From positions 318,680,001-318,744,000 of the forward strand of contig OZ024742.1 in NCBI GenBank assembly GCA_964016885.1: 64,000 nucleotides of DNA. Direction: 5' to 3'. The notes beneath the pieces were generated by a model. The model made no database searches. It worked only from the letters and a program-made list of their open reading frames with translations, and was not told the origin of the DNA. Positions 1 through 11,807 of this stretch are shown in pieces (the stretch's first letter is position 1; each line of letters starts with the position of its first letter). A program made the position numbers and the translations under genes. The stretch comes from Eledone cirrhosa (Eukaryota).

Positions 1-492
1 TATGTTACTGTAAATGGGACAAACTCGTCTAACCCATGCTAGCGTGGAAGATGGAATTTAAACGATGATGATGATGATGATCTAGAGAAGGCTTTTGATA
101 GAGTTCTTTGATCTGTCATCTGGTGGTCCTTAATAAAACTAGCCATAGAAGAATGGCTCATAAGAGCAGTGTAAGCCATGTTCAGAAGAACCATTAGTAA
201 GGTGAGAGTAGGCAATGAGAAATGGTAATTAAAGTCAAACCCAGTGAGATCCAAACTCAGCTTACTAAAGGACATAACTAAATGCCACAAAGCATTTTAT
301 TTTGTCTGAAACTGTACCGATTCTGCCAAGTTCACAACCTTCCAGTATCAATTGTAATTTATGATAATCAAAATCTTTTTAGAATCATTTGGATGAAAGC
401 ATTTGTTTTTGTGTGTGTTTTTTTATTTTTTATTGCGTACCTTTAATCTGATGTTTGTTATTGCTATTTTCTGCTCTTTTGTATATTTTCAG

Positions 493-586
493 ATCTCCGT
501 CTCCAGACAGACCCTACGCTGCACTGACCAGTCGTACCTCTAATCCCGGCATCTACCACAGATCTGACAGTGATGAAGAAAAATGA
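493..586 (+). CDS. Probable terminal coding exon of an upstream unidentified gene (...SPSPDRPYAALTSRTSNPGIYHRSDSDEEK*)
   Basis: Strong polypyrimidine tract ending ttttcAG at 491-492, a GC-richer 94-nt open frame ending TGA at 584-586, then long AT-rich UTR-like sequence. No family recognised. Confidence 0.6.
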
Positions 587-882
587 ATAGACACACAATA
601 GAAGGGAATTTTTCTCCTAGTTTCTTTTCCTTTCCATCCCTCCCTCCCTATCTCTCTCAAGCAAGAACCAATACAAATGAAAAAGCATGTTGTATTTAAA
701 CAAGTAGATTTTAGATTGTTTTTTTTTTTTTTTCAAATCGCCTATTTAATCATTTATTCAATTTTCTGGTTGTAAACCCCCTTCCCTCTCCATAGATACT
801 ACTACACACACACACTCATATATTCATCTACTTTTGTTTTTGTTCATTCTTGGTTCCTCATTATCAAAACTAATACTCTCGA

Positions 883-948
883 AACCTAAAGGAACATATA
901 TCTTACTACATATATATTATATGTATATATATATAGTACCACTAGATA

Positions 949-994
<46 letters not shown>

Positions 995-1060
995 TATCTA
1001 GTGGTACTATATATATATACATATAATATATATGTAGTAAGATATATGTTCCTTTAGGTT
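883..1060. repeat. Perfect 178-bp palindrome centred on (TA)n
   Basis: aacctaaaggaacatatatcttactac...gtaccactagataatgtg(TA)n is mirrored exactly by cacattatctagtggtac...gtagtaagatatatgttcctttaggtt. Confidence 0.9.
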
Positions 1061-1083
1061 GTGTGTGTGTATGTATATATAAA

Positions 1084-1117
<34 letters not shown>

Positions 1118-1786
1118 CATACACTGATATGCACACACCTACACGTGTGTATATACACTTTCTCTCTGAAGACACTTAACACCTTTATCATTTATCTAAT
1201 ATTTTTTTCTATCCTAGAAGTTTTTTTTTTTCATTTTTGTTTGCTTGTTTTCATTTTTGGGTTGTATATTTTCTTGGTCTCCTATTATTATTATTATTAT
1301 CACTATTGTGACAAGTGTTGTAGAACAAGGGTAAGCTGAGTCTGTTAGCTGCTTTACTTACCTGCTTCTAACCATTTTACTTATGCTCTTGGGACAAGCA
1401 TAAACAGCACAAAATTCTCATTTTTGTCTCCTAAGGCTCTTTGCCTATTCTTTCTTTTACTTTTACTGGTTTCAGCTATTAGATTATGGCTATGCCGGGG
1501 CACTGCCTTGAAAATCCTTTTTTTTCTTTTGAATTAGTAAAATGTGGGTGACTGAGACAATAGTGCCAAAACTAAATACATGGAAATGTTTAGTTTCATC
1601 CTTCTTGGTTCAGAATTCAAATTCTGTCTGGTTTAACTTTGCCTTTCACCCCACTGGGGGTGTTGATAAATAGACACCAGTACTAAACTTGGGTTCATTC
1701 AATTAACTGTACCCTCTCCCCTTAATACTGGCTTCGTGCCTAGTCAAAAGAATTCACCAACCTCATTATTATCATTATTATTATCA

Positions 1787-2005
1787 AGGCGGTGGATTGG
1801 CAGTATCGGTAGAGCATCAGACAAAATGCTTTACGGCACAGTCATGGCCCTTTACGTTCTGAGTTAAAATCCCTAGCTTTGCTTTTCATCCTTACGGGGG
1901 TCAATAAAATAAAGTACCAGTAATTCACTGGCGGGGGGGGGGGGGGATTTAATCGACTTTCCCCTTCTCCCAAATTGTTGGTCTTGTGCCTAAATCAGAA
2001 ACATT
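1787..2005 (+). mobile_element. tRNA-derived SINE, abundant family
   Basis: ggcggtggattggcagtatcggtagagc head, body gcttttcatccttacgggggtcaataaaataaagtaccag, (att)n tail; many copies in the window. Confidence 0.8.
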
Positions 2006-4405
2006 ATTATTATTACTATTTTTATTTGTTTGAAATATAGCAAAAATAAAACTTAATAACTAATTCTTACCTGGAATTTTAACACTGTAAAATGACCTTG
2101 TTTTACAACTGTAGTGTATAGTTAGGATATTATTTTGTGGAAGATTTAGTTCCTTCTTTGAATGTAAAAGATGCTAGAAGAGGCAAATGACGTAAAACAA
2201 TGTTTCTTGCTCTGCAAAGGAAGAATGCTTTTGTTCTGTTATGTAATCTGATTCAATATATATTTGAGATTATTTCCATTGCCTTCACTTATTCCAGCTA
2301 TTGTATATCAGATATATTGAATTTTCAGTACTACAAACACAAATAATCTAATCAGACATCATGTCTGTTAATGATACTTTTTCTTTCTTTCTTTCTTTCT
2401 TTTTTGTACTATTCTATGTAAGTCTTTGAATTTTGTGCATGTTTCAAGTGTTTTCAAGATCCCCCCCTATACCCGTTTTCCCCACCCATGGTTAATTTCA
2501 CTGCTGATGACAATTTCACTCTTTGTATATGTATGGTCTAGTGAGAGAAACAGGACTCTCTCTCATTGAGCTGGCCTGGACTGATATATAGTCCCCTTCC
2601 CTACGATTGGCTAATCTACTCACACAGTATTCTTTTTTTCCTCCCTTCTCCATTTCTGGATTTTCAATTCTCAGTGGATCTAAATATCAGTTTGGGATTA
2701 CCTGGTATATTCTTATCTGTAAATCCCTGTTTAATTGTTTTTGTCAGTCCGTAGTCTTTTCATTTCATTTAATTTTATTTAACTATACAGTCAGCATCAC
2801 ATCTTACATGGTTGGAAAATCTTCAAAAAAGCTGTAACTGTTTAATGTCATGTTTCACATAAAACTACATTGCCTAATGTAAGTGAAACTCCTATCACTG
2901 TTATTCTTTTTCTGAGTTTTCTTAATCTCCAGAGAACCTGACATCATGCCTCCTTCAAAACATCAACATACATAGTAGTAAGCACTTCTATATAAGGGTC
3001 TTCAACATACACATTTAAAAAAAAATTATGCTGGGGTTGTGAAACCAATTGATCATGTAAGATGTGGGCCCACCGTATATTACAACTAATTTTAGTCAAC
3101 ATTTTATTTCAGTTTTTTCCATTTGACCACTGTAAAAAATATGGGAGAGGAGTTTGTTAAAAAATGACAATAGCACTATACCATCATATTCCTTAACACA
3201 TTCACTTTGGTTCTTGTTTTCTATTATTTTAATTTTATTTGTAAGAATTTTTTGTCCTGTTTATATTTCTCATTTTTTTCTTTCTTAGTCAAAATTCTTC
3301 ATATTTATAAAAATACTTAAAGAAAAAAAACTGCATAAACAAAAAGAAAACAATTTTTTTTTTCTTATAATATTTGTTTACTTTTAAATAAAAAAAGGAA
3401 AAAAAAGTGTTTTGTGAAAATTTATATTTTAGTTTTATTTATTTTTTCTTCCATCTCTCTAAATGGTTCACTCATTCTTAATCTCCGGAACTGTTTAAGA
3501 TTATTTTAGTAGTCTTTAGCCCCAAACTGGCTAGATAATTTTATTTTATTTAACGAATATTCCTCCATATTTATTCTACCAGCCCTTAACACCTATACAC
3601 TAGATAACCTGTAAGAACTCTTCACCTCCCTTTTGAAGCTTGTAGGTCAATAGACATATATTTTACAGTAAATAAAAGTGAAATGCATGCAAAATCTCAA
3701 TGGTTTTAAAAGGCATGTTATCCTTGTCATTTTGAATGTTTTTGTGTTTCATGTCAGTTTAAATCACAGCTTCTCTCCTTCTCTCACACTTCCAGAAAAA
3801 ATACTAAAACAAAAACTGGTAAACCAGTGAAAGATGTGCTAATTTATCTCACCTAGCTTTGCTCAGCCTAAAATAACAGGAATTTCCAATCCCTGTCCAT
3901 AATTAACTCTTTCTTGAAACAAAATATTTGTCTGAATAAGTGAAGGTTGCTCACTGTCAGTATTGCACTCAGTTTGACAAACGCTAGCGAGCTTGCTTCT
4001 ATGAATGTGCATAAACATTGAAGCATGGTTGAGCCAAGGGAGAAGCTAAGTATAAGAGGAATCAAATGTAATGTGGCCATGTGATGCATATGGGGGATGA
4101 TTGTTGGGTGAAAAAGTGTCAAGAGTTCCCTGTGGAATGAATCTGCAGGAGAGGAAAGCCAAGGAAGGCTTGAGCAGAAATGGTGAAAGGTGATTAAGGA
4201 ACACAATGAGTGGCAGGAAGCTACATTGTAAAAGACTCATCCAACCCATGCAAACATGGAAATGGATGATGAGTCCATCTCAATGGCTGAAGACTGGAGA
4301 TCTGTCTCTTTTGTTTGTATTTTTATTTTCCCCAAAAAATTTTTCAGGTTCCCCCCTCAAAAAATTGTTTTTCATTTTGCCTTGTTTTCTCTGTTAATTA
4401 TAGTT

Positions 4406-4456
<51 letters not shown>

Positions 4457-4689
4457 TATACACACACACACACACACTTGTATGTATACAGCTATGTTGG
4501 AGCTGAAATTTTTATATATATATAAATTTTAGCTCCGACATAAAATTTATATATATATATATATAGATGATGATGATGATAAATTTTAGCTCCGACATAA
4601 AATATGTGTATTTTGTATATCTAATGATATACAAAATATGTGTATTTTGTATATCTAATGATATACAGTGTTTAATAAATAAACATTTG

Positions 4690-5050
4690 GAAAGCCTTCT
4701 AGCTATGAATATTGAAAGGATGACAGCGCCATCCAGCAGCGGGGGACAACTGTCAATGTACATTTCAGGCTCAAGGAAGCTTGTGCAATGCACTCTACAT
4801 GTGAATGGAATTCCAGTGAAGCAAGTGGAGAAGTTCAAGTATCTTGGAGCTGTGTTCATGAGTGATGGAAGTCAGGAGGCAAAACCAACCAGCCGGAAAC
4901 CCAGAGCAAGATGGTTGGATAACATCCATGAGCTCGGTTGGTTTCGCTTAACAATCTCACTGGATCAATTGGAGATGGTGGCTTCTCATAGGCATGTTTG
5001 AGGACTTTGCTCCCATGATCATCCCAGGAATAAGTGGACAAAGAATAAAA
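4690..5050 (+). mobile_element. Decayed LINE 3' fragment (RTE-like)
   Basis: Translation VNGIPVKQVEKFKYLG...RKPRARWLDNI resembles the LINE RT C-terminus. Confidence 0.6.
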
Positions 5051-5305
5051 TAAAATATTAGTAATATAACTTTCTTACCAATCTGGGTTTATGATACACA
5101 ATTGCTAATTTTTAAGTGATGTTCTAAATATCAGCTTCGTAATGAAAATTTTGGTTATTTTCAAAATTATTTGAAAATATTAAGCATTGTCTTTTATTAT
5201 GGAAGGCTTTTAGATAGATATAAACATTTTAAAACAGTTTGTATCATAGAACTCAGGTTACTTTCAGTTGGTTAAGTATCAAAAGGGCTTTAAAAATATC
5301 TACAC

Positions 5306-5474
5306 TTAACCCTTTAGCATTTAAATTGGTTGTATCTGACCAGAATTTTCTTCCCTTAACCGGCCACTCATACAGACATTAAGGTATTGTTCTCAAAATC
5401 TCATAGATTTGATACTATGTGAGGTAACGCTTTTACCATCATGAAAATACAATATGTAAATGATAAAGGGTTAA
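5306..5474. mobile_element. TTAA-flanked piggyBac-like MITE
   Basis: TTAA-CCCTTTAGCATTTA...TAAATGATAAAGGG-TTAA; same family at ~6250-6449, 18121-18328, 21241-21453, ~25183-25390, 59813-60022 and 62709-62911. Confidence 0.75.
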
Positions 5475-7466
5475 AAGTAGCATCTGCATCACTAACCACA
5501 AAATTGATTTGTTGCATAAGGGAATAACAACTTGTTTGCATTGAATCTAGCTTACTTATCTTTGCTGTGGTTAATATCAGAATCAGGATGTACAGAAATA
5601 GTGAACAGTGGAGTATATATTTGCCAATACTAACTGACTGCACATTGAAATGTACAGCTTTCAGCCAGGCAGAGATGTGGTATAGCTGCAGCTGTGAATC
5701 ACACAAGATCATTTGGTTGATGATTCATCAACATTTTTAATAGAAAATTGCCTGAAACAATACAAAGCTGTTTATTTTAAAGTAATATTATTTGTCTTAG
5801 TGTGGATATGACATGTTTAGTGCTGGTGTCATGACAAAAATACACTATGACCTCAATATTTGACTGGTACTATATTCTATCAACCCAACGTTGACCTTGG
5901 TGGAATTTAAACTCAAAATATAAAAAGGCAGAACAAAACATCAGTATATTACAAATATATACATTTATTGAGATTGGAGAGATAACGATAAAAAAAACCC
6001 AACAAATCACAGTATGTGGTGTAAGAAAAAGCCAACAAAAAACAATGATACAGTAGTGTGAGAATGGAAAGAGTGAACCATATTGCTACATATGTGGTTG
6101 CTCAACTTGCTACTAGAAATAAGTAAAATTGTACCCTATCATTTTAAATATGGAAAAGGCACGTTGGATTAATGTTGTAGTGGGACACACCTATAAAAAA
6201 TAAAAAAAAAAAGGGTGGTCACAGCTGGAATGTCTTTGATTATAGCTTTGCCCATTTAAACCAGCTATATATCCAGCCAGAATTCTCTCATCTCTTTCTG
6301 TTCAAACCAGTCGTAACTGGCTGCTCATACTTACGTTAAGGTATTCTCGAAATAAATATCAAAATCTCGTAGATTCGATATTGTGAGATAAAACCTTTTC
6401 TGTGGAAATACAATAGTAAATATAGAGTAATGTAAATGGTAAAGGGTTAAGGTAGACCTGGAGCTAACCAACAACCACATATGCAAACTCAAAAGAACAA
6501 ACATCAGCCAATTGATAATGATTATCTATTACTCATTAACAATAAATGAAAATTTAATATTTATTAAAAGATATTTTTACTTTTATTAGTTGTTTTGTTT
6601 TTAATAGAAACACATGAAAGCTGAAGTAAATAGTTTGGCAAGAACAGTACTGATTTGTTTTTATATATATATATATATATATATACACAATACAGGCAGT
6701 TGTATATGATTCAATCTCCAATAGACACAGCCATGACTGATTAAGTACTTCTCTTCATTGATTGATCTATTGAATCGATCAACAAGATCCCAGACTTCAT
6801 TCACTTACCATATGGGGTGGAACTCGTCAAATCAGACCAAGGGAACATTGTTTCCATTGCTAATACTATCTACCAGTCACAAGTCCTGCCTAAGGCTGAA
6901 CAAAGTAAAGGATCCTTGCTCAAGGTTCCAAGCAATAGGACTGAATTCATGATCTTATGATTGTGAAGTGAACATCTTAACTACCCAATTATGCTATCAT
7001 CTGTTTATTTGTATGTATATTTATTTGTTTATCAGTGCGTCATGTTATACCTTATGTTAAAAACGTAATTTAATGATTCGATAAATAGCAATCAATGAAA
7101 AAAAATTGAAATAAGTATTAATGTTGATATCAATAAAACCTCAAAACTCAGTGCTCCAGTATGGCAGCAATCTAACGACTGAACAACATAAGAATAATAA
7201 AATCTAAAAACATATTCATAACATGTAAAAAAGAATCATAAAAATGTAAAATCTCAAATAATATAACCTAGAAGTTCAGTCATGGTATTATATACAATAA
7301 ACAAGAAAGATGGTTTCATTTGTCCATCCCTATCAAGCGACCAATCTGGTAACTTGATACCCTAGCCGGTTCACAAGCAGTAATTGGAATAGCTGTCACA
7401 CATATAAGAACTACTACTTGAACATTTTCGGACTTATGCTTGCTGATATTTACATCTCATGTAAAT

Positions 7467-7539
7467 TTTTGTCTGAAGAGAACACGTAGAGCAGTTGTTA
7501 TTCAACTGCCATACGTCTTCGAAATATGTATAACAAAAT
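7467..7539 (+). ncRNA. Minimal type-I hammerhead ribozyme (Penelope-type)
   Basis: Stem I ttttgt/acaaaa; core CTGAAGA 7473-7479; stem II 7480-7520 (15 of 18 pairs); GAAA 7521-7524; 2-bp stem III with ATGT loop; AUA triplet ending at 7532. Confidence 0.75.
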
Positions 7540-7922
7540 AAATAGGGATGTACAAATGGAAGTGTCTTTCTTGTTTGTTATCATTATAATAAAACTCCGG
7601 ATGAACAAAAACTGGAGTGTTTTACATCTGTTAAGAAAAAGTCGGCAGATTTTCAATCAACCAGCTTTCTTCAATTGAATAAATATATCATGAAAGGTAT
7701 GTACATTATATATATATCTTGACAGGCATTCAATTTAAAATGCAAAAGAACCACAATTATTAAAGTAAGGTACTGCAATTAGAAGAGAAGGTATACTAAT
7801 TTATTAAAAAGTGACAGGATGAGTTTAATTTATTTCAAGTTAAGAAATAATTAGAATCGCCAAAAGAAACAGAACTCATCCTGTAAGAGGCAATTTTAAT
7901 ATATATATATATATATATATTA

Positions 7923-9055
7923 CAGGGAAAAATGCGGGCGCATGTAAAGAAATATTCTTAAATTAATAAACCTAGAAAAGTAAAGGACAAGAAAACTTCT
8001 TAAAACTTAAAATATTGCAGCTATAGTATAAATTTGAATAATAAAAAATATTTGATTTAAATATACATAGAAAGTGATAAATTCTAATAATACAGTTGAC
8101 TCTCTAATTGATAATAATACTAATTTATGATCATTTATTTAATTTTGTGATCCTAATTTACACCATAGTGGTTGGGTCATTAAATAAATATACTTTATTT
8201 TACTTTACTAAATGGGACTGAAAAAATGAGTGACAATTATAAACATCAAATAAAACAAAATTTTGGCGTGTAAATGACACTAACAATTAATTAATAATTA
8301 ATTAGGGAGCCAACTGTAATGATAAATAATAACAAATTATAATTGTTTAATAATGAAATTTAAGACCTGTCAGATCAAAATAACCAATCTACATTTTTAG
8401 GTAGAGTAAAATTAGACTACAATTAAAAATTAAACATTGTCTAATTCAACAGTTCATCTAATGAATTGATGAATTCACTATAATTGATTGATTCACTATA
8501 AATGAATTGATGAATTGACTTTTACCTAATTTTGCCCCTTGAGATGTTGAATTTTACTATATTATAAAAAAAATCTGTAATACTCATAAAAAGTGCAATT
8601 ATATGATGCACTGTTTTTTATTTATTTTACTGCATTATTTTATAACTAAATTTAAAAAAATATAATTTGATTAAGAGTGAAAATTTTGAAATATCTTATA
8701 ACATAAATTAATAAATTGTACATATTAATTATTATTATTATTATTAATTAATTATTGTACAAATTTTATTTTAAAAAGATTAATTTGTATACACCAAGAA
8801 AAAAATTAAGTATACAGTAGTCAACTCTCCCTCATTTTTCCAGTCCTTTAAAGTGATATTTTTTTAACAATTAACTTATAATTATTTATTTTTAGTTTTA
8901 TAATCTAAATATTTATTTTCAAATTTAGACTTTAGCTGCAATATTTTAAGAAGTTTTCTTGTCCTTTACTTTTCCAGGTGTAATAACTTTTCCTTTACTT
9001 TTCTAGGTTTATTAATTTAAGAATATTTCTTTACATGCGCCCGCATTTTCCCCTG
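7923..9055. mobile_element. Non-autonomous DNA transposon with ~100-bp TIRs (Tc1/mariner-like, TA flanked)
   Basis: TA-CAGGGAAAAATGCGGGCGCATGTAAAGAAATATTCTTAAATTAATAAACCTAGAAAAG... is mirrored at 8933-9055 (...CGCCCGCATTTTCCCCTG-TA); the interior is AT-rich and non-coding. Confidence 0.7.
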
Positions 9056-9169
9056 TAATCCACTTTTTTTCCAGGCAATGCAAGGATTATTATATTAATA
9101 TTAAAAATATTTATCAACAAATAAGTTAAATAAATAATAATGAATAGGAAGAAGTGCAGATAGGAAAAG

Positions 9170-9242
9170 TAATCAGGGTGGGAATCGAACCCACGACCTT
9201 CGGATTGCCGGTCCGCTGCTCTACCGACTGAGCTACCTGACC
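9170..9242 (-). tRNA. tRNA-like gene/pseudogene with GGC (Ala) anticodon
   Basis: GGTCAGG TA GCTC AGTCGGTA GAGC A GCGGA CCGGCAA TCCGA AGGTC GTGGG TTCGATT CCCAC CCTGATT folds as a cloverleaf with intact A/B boxes and a downstream TTTT. It has C33 instead of U33 and no G3:U70, so it is likely a pseudogene or repeat-derived. Confidence 0.6.
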
Positions 9243-9691
9243 ACAATTCACTATTGCACAATCTATCACTATTTTAATGTATTAGAAATTAGAAACAAAC
9301 TAAGCGTTACTTATGTATGTAGTTCCTTACACTCTTTTGGTCCTCACTTATTTTTATGTAACTTTTTTTCTACTGAACCAAATTTCAATATTTTTATGTC
9401 AAAAAGTAGCTTATCTGTGGTCCTATAAAGTGCAAAAAACCGCATCCAATTCTATCAAAAATTGAATTAGTGACAAAGCTTTGAAGGTGTCGCGAGTGAC
9501 CGAAATGGGACCTTAAGAATATTATACACCTACTACCGTAGGTGTATGATATAGACCTAGTGATTATATATATTAGTGATATAATTATCACTAGGTCTAT
9601 TGTAACCTGTGTGAAAGACATGACAATCTCCCTACTGTTGGTGAGCTACTCGATAAATGTAAAGTAGTTGGAGATAGAAAGGACATTCAGC

Positions 9692-11477
9692 CATCATCAT
9701 CATCACCGTTTTACGTCCTTTCTTCCACGCTAGCATGGGTTAGACGGGTTGTCCTGTCGTGGGCAGTGTCTGGTTGGCTGACCATGCCTTGCTCATACAG
9801 GAACTGATTTGGCTTGATTTCTACAGCTGGATGCCCTTCCTAACACCAACCTCATTTACAGTGAGTGCTGGGTGCTTTTTCGTGGCGCCTACACGTCCAC
9901 TTTACAGTGTGGGCTGGGTGCTTTTTTGCCGTGGCACCTCCACGACCACCTTGCGGTGGAGGGTGTGGGGGCATATTGTCTATATGCTTCAGCTTGTACC
10001 CATGGGAGGTCGGGTACTCTGTATTACTGCGTGACGCCAGAAGTCACGGTCGTGTGTCATTGTCTTTGAGAGGTGTAATTGGGTATGGTCGGCTTTTATC
10101 ACCTCATCCCAGGTCATCAAACTCTGCGGTTTCCATCAACTTCTAGTGCTCTGCACCTTTTTATGCAGCTGTCATCCTTCATACGCATCACATGTCCATA
10201 CCAGCGCAACCGCCTCTCCTGCACACAGCATTTGATTCCTCTTATGCTCAGTCTCTCTCTCAATTCATTTATGCTTTGTCGTTCACGTATATTACTGTTA
10301 CACATCCATCGGAGCATGCAGGCTTCGTTTCTCTCTAATCTACGTAAGTCTTCCACCTTCAGCGCCCAGGTCTCACTACCATGCAACATCGCTGTTCGGA
10401 TACACGCATCATACAGTCTGCCTTTCATTCTGAGGGAGAAGCCTTTTGCAGCTAGCAGTGGTAGTAGTTCCCTAAACTTCTTCCATCCCGTTCTTACCCT
10501 AGTTATTGTACTTTCTGAACACCCACCTCCGTTGCTAATTCGGTCACCTAGGTAGCAGAAGCTGTCTACTGTTTCTACAGGGCCCTCCCAGAGATTGGTG
10601 GTACTTGTTTCCTGTGGCTGTTTTCTGCTTGCTGTCTCAGCACAGCTGCTGCATGTGAATCCTACATTCTTAATTAAGCTTCCTGAGATCCCGCTACATC
10701 TCTTGTGTACCCATTGTTTGCATTTGGGGCAGAGAATGGAGTTCCTACCTACACCTTTCCTACATACTGAGCAAGGCCATTTCCCTGAGGGGATCTGGGT
10801 TCTGTTTTCTCGTCTACTTACAAGGACCTTAGTCTTTGTCATGTTGACTTTGAGACCCTTTCTTTCTAGTCCCTGCTTCCAAGTTTGGAATTTATTCTCT
10901 AGTTCTACCATAGATTCAGCTATCAGTGCGAGGTCATCAGCATACAGGAGTTCCCATGGGCATCCGGTTTTAAACTCCTCCGTTATTGCTTGCAGGACTA
11001 TGAACAGGAGAGGGCTAAGAACAGAGCCCTGGTGGACCCCAACCTGTACGCTAAATTCCTCGCTATACTCATTGCTAATCCTAACTTTGCTGACTGCTCC
11101 CCTATACATGGCTTGTACCGCTTTCACAAGCCATTCATCTACTCCTAGTTTTCTAAGAGCCCACCAGATTACAGCACGTGGAACTCTGTCAAAGGCTTTC
11201 TCAAGGTCGACAAATGCCAAGTAGAGTGGCTTACTTTTACCTAGGTACTTTTCCTGTAATTGCCTCACAAGGAAGAGGGCATCAGTGGTGCCTCTTCCTG
11301 GTACAAACCCAAATTGCATCTCGTCTATTTTCACCCGGTCCCTAATCAGCTGTGTTATAACTCTTTCTGTTACTTTCATGACCTGGTCCATCAACTTTAT
11401 ACCTCTATAGTTTCCTCTATCTAGTGCATCGCCTTTACCTTTGTAGCAGTTGACAATGATGCTACTGCACCAATCTT
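9692..11477 (-). mobile_element. 5'-truncated RTE-clade LINE (RT domain, 425-aa open frame 10117-11394)
   Basis: QFGF, AFVDLEKAFDRVP, GVHQGSVLSPLLF, LLYADD, CYLG, RRLRWYGHVMR; internal Cys-rich PHD-like finger; 3'UTR ending in (GAT)n. Confidence 0.95.
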
Positions 11478-11807
11478 TTGAAGAGATAAGACACTTTTCC
11501 CCTTATCTGCTAAAATGTATCATTAGAGTTGATTTCATTTCGTTCCGGCCACCCATCCATACAAATCTTCGAAGGTATCTTAGTTTTTATGACGTTATTA
11601 TTGTTAATATTACTGCTGTATTAACTTCGGATATTTACCATGCGGTATTCTAATTCTATCGTATCTCTCTCGGTTATTTACCATGCGACACGTCATAAAA
11701 ACTAAGATACCTTCGAAGATTTGTATGGATGGGTGGCCGGAACGAAATGAAATCAACTCTAATGATACATTTTAGCAGATAAGGGGAAAAGTGTCTTATC
11801 TCTTCAA
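11478..11807. mobile_element. 330-bp fold-back/MITE-like element with perfect 118-bp inverted repeats
   Basis: Arms 11478-11595 and 11690-11807 are reverse complements. The 94-bp spacer contains tatttaccatgcg twice. Confidence 0.85.

Noticed and set aside
1166-2515. Isolated CTGANGA matches (1166, ~2504; also ~20910, ~42266, ~56400)
   Set aside because: No stem II-GAAA-stem III-stem I context; chance matches or parts of SINEs and LINEs.
10079-11224. Plus-strand ORFs of 158 and 209 aa
   Set aside because: Antisense shadows of the RTE reverse transcriptase frame.
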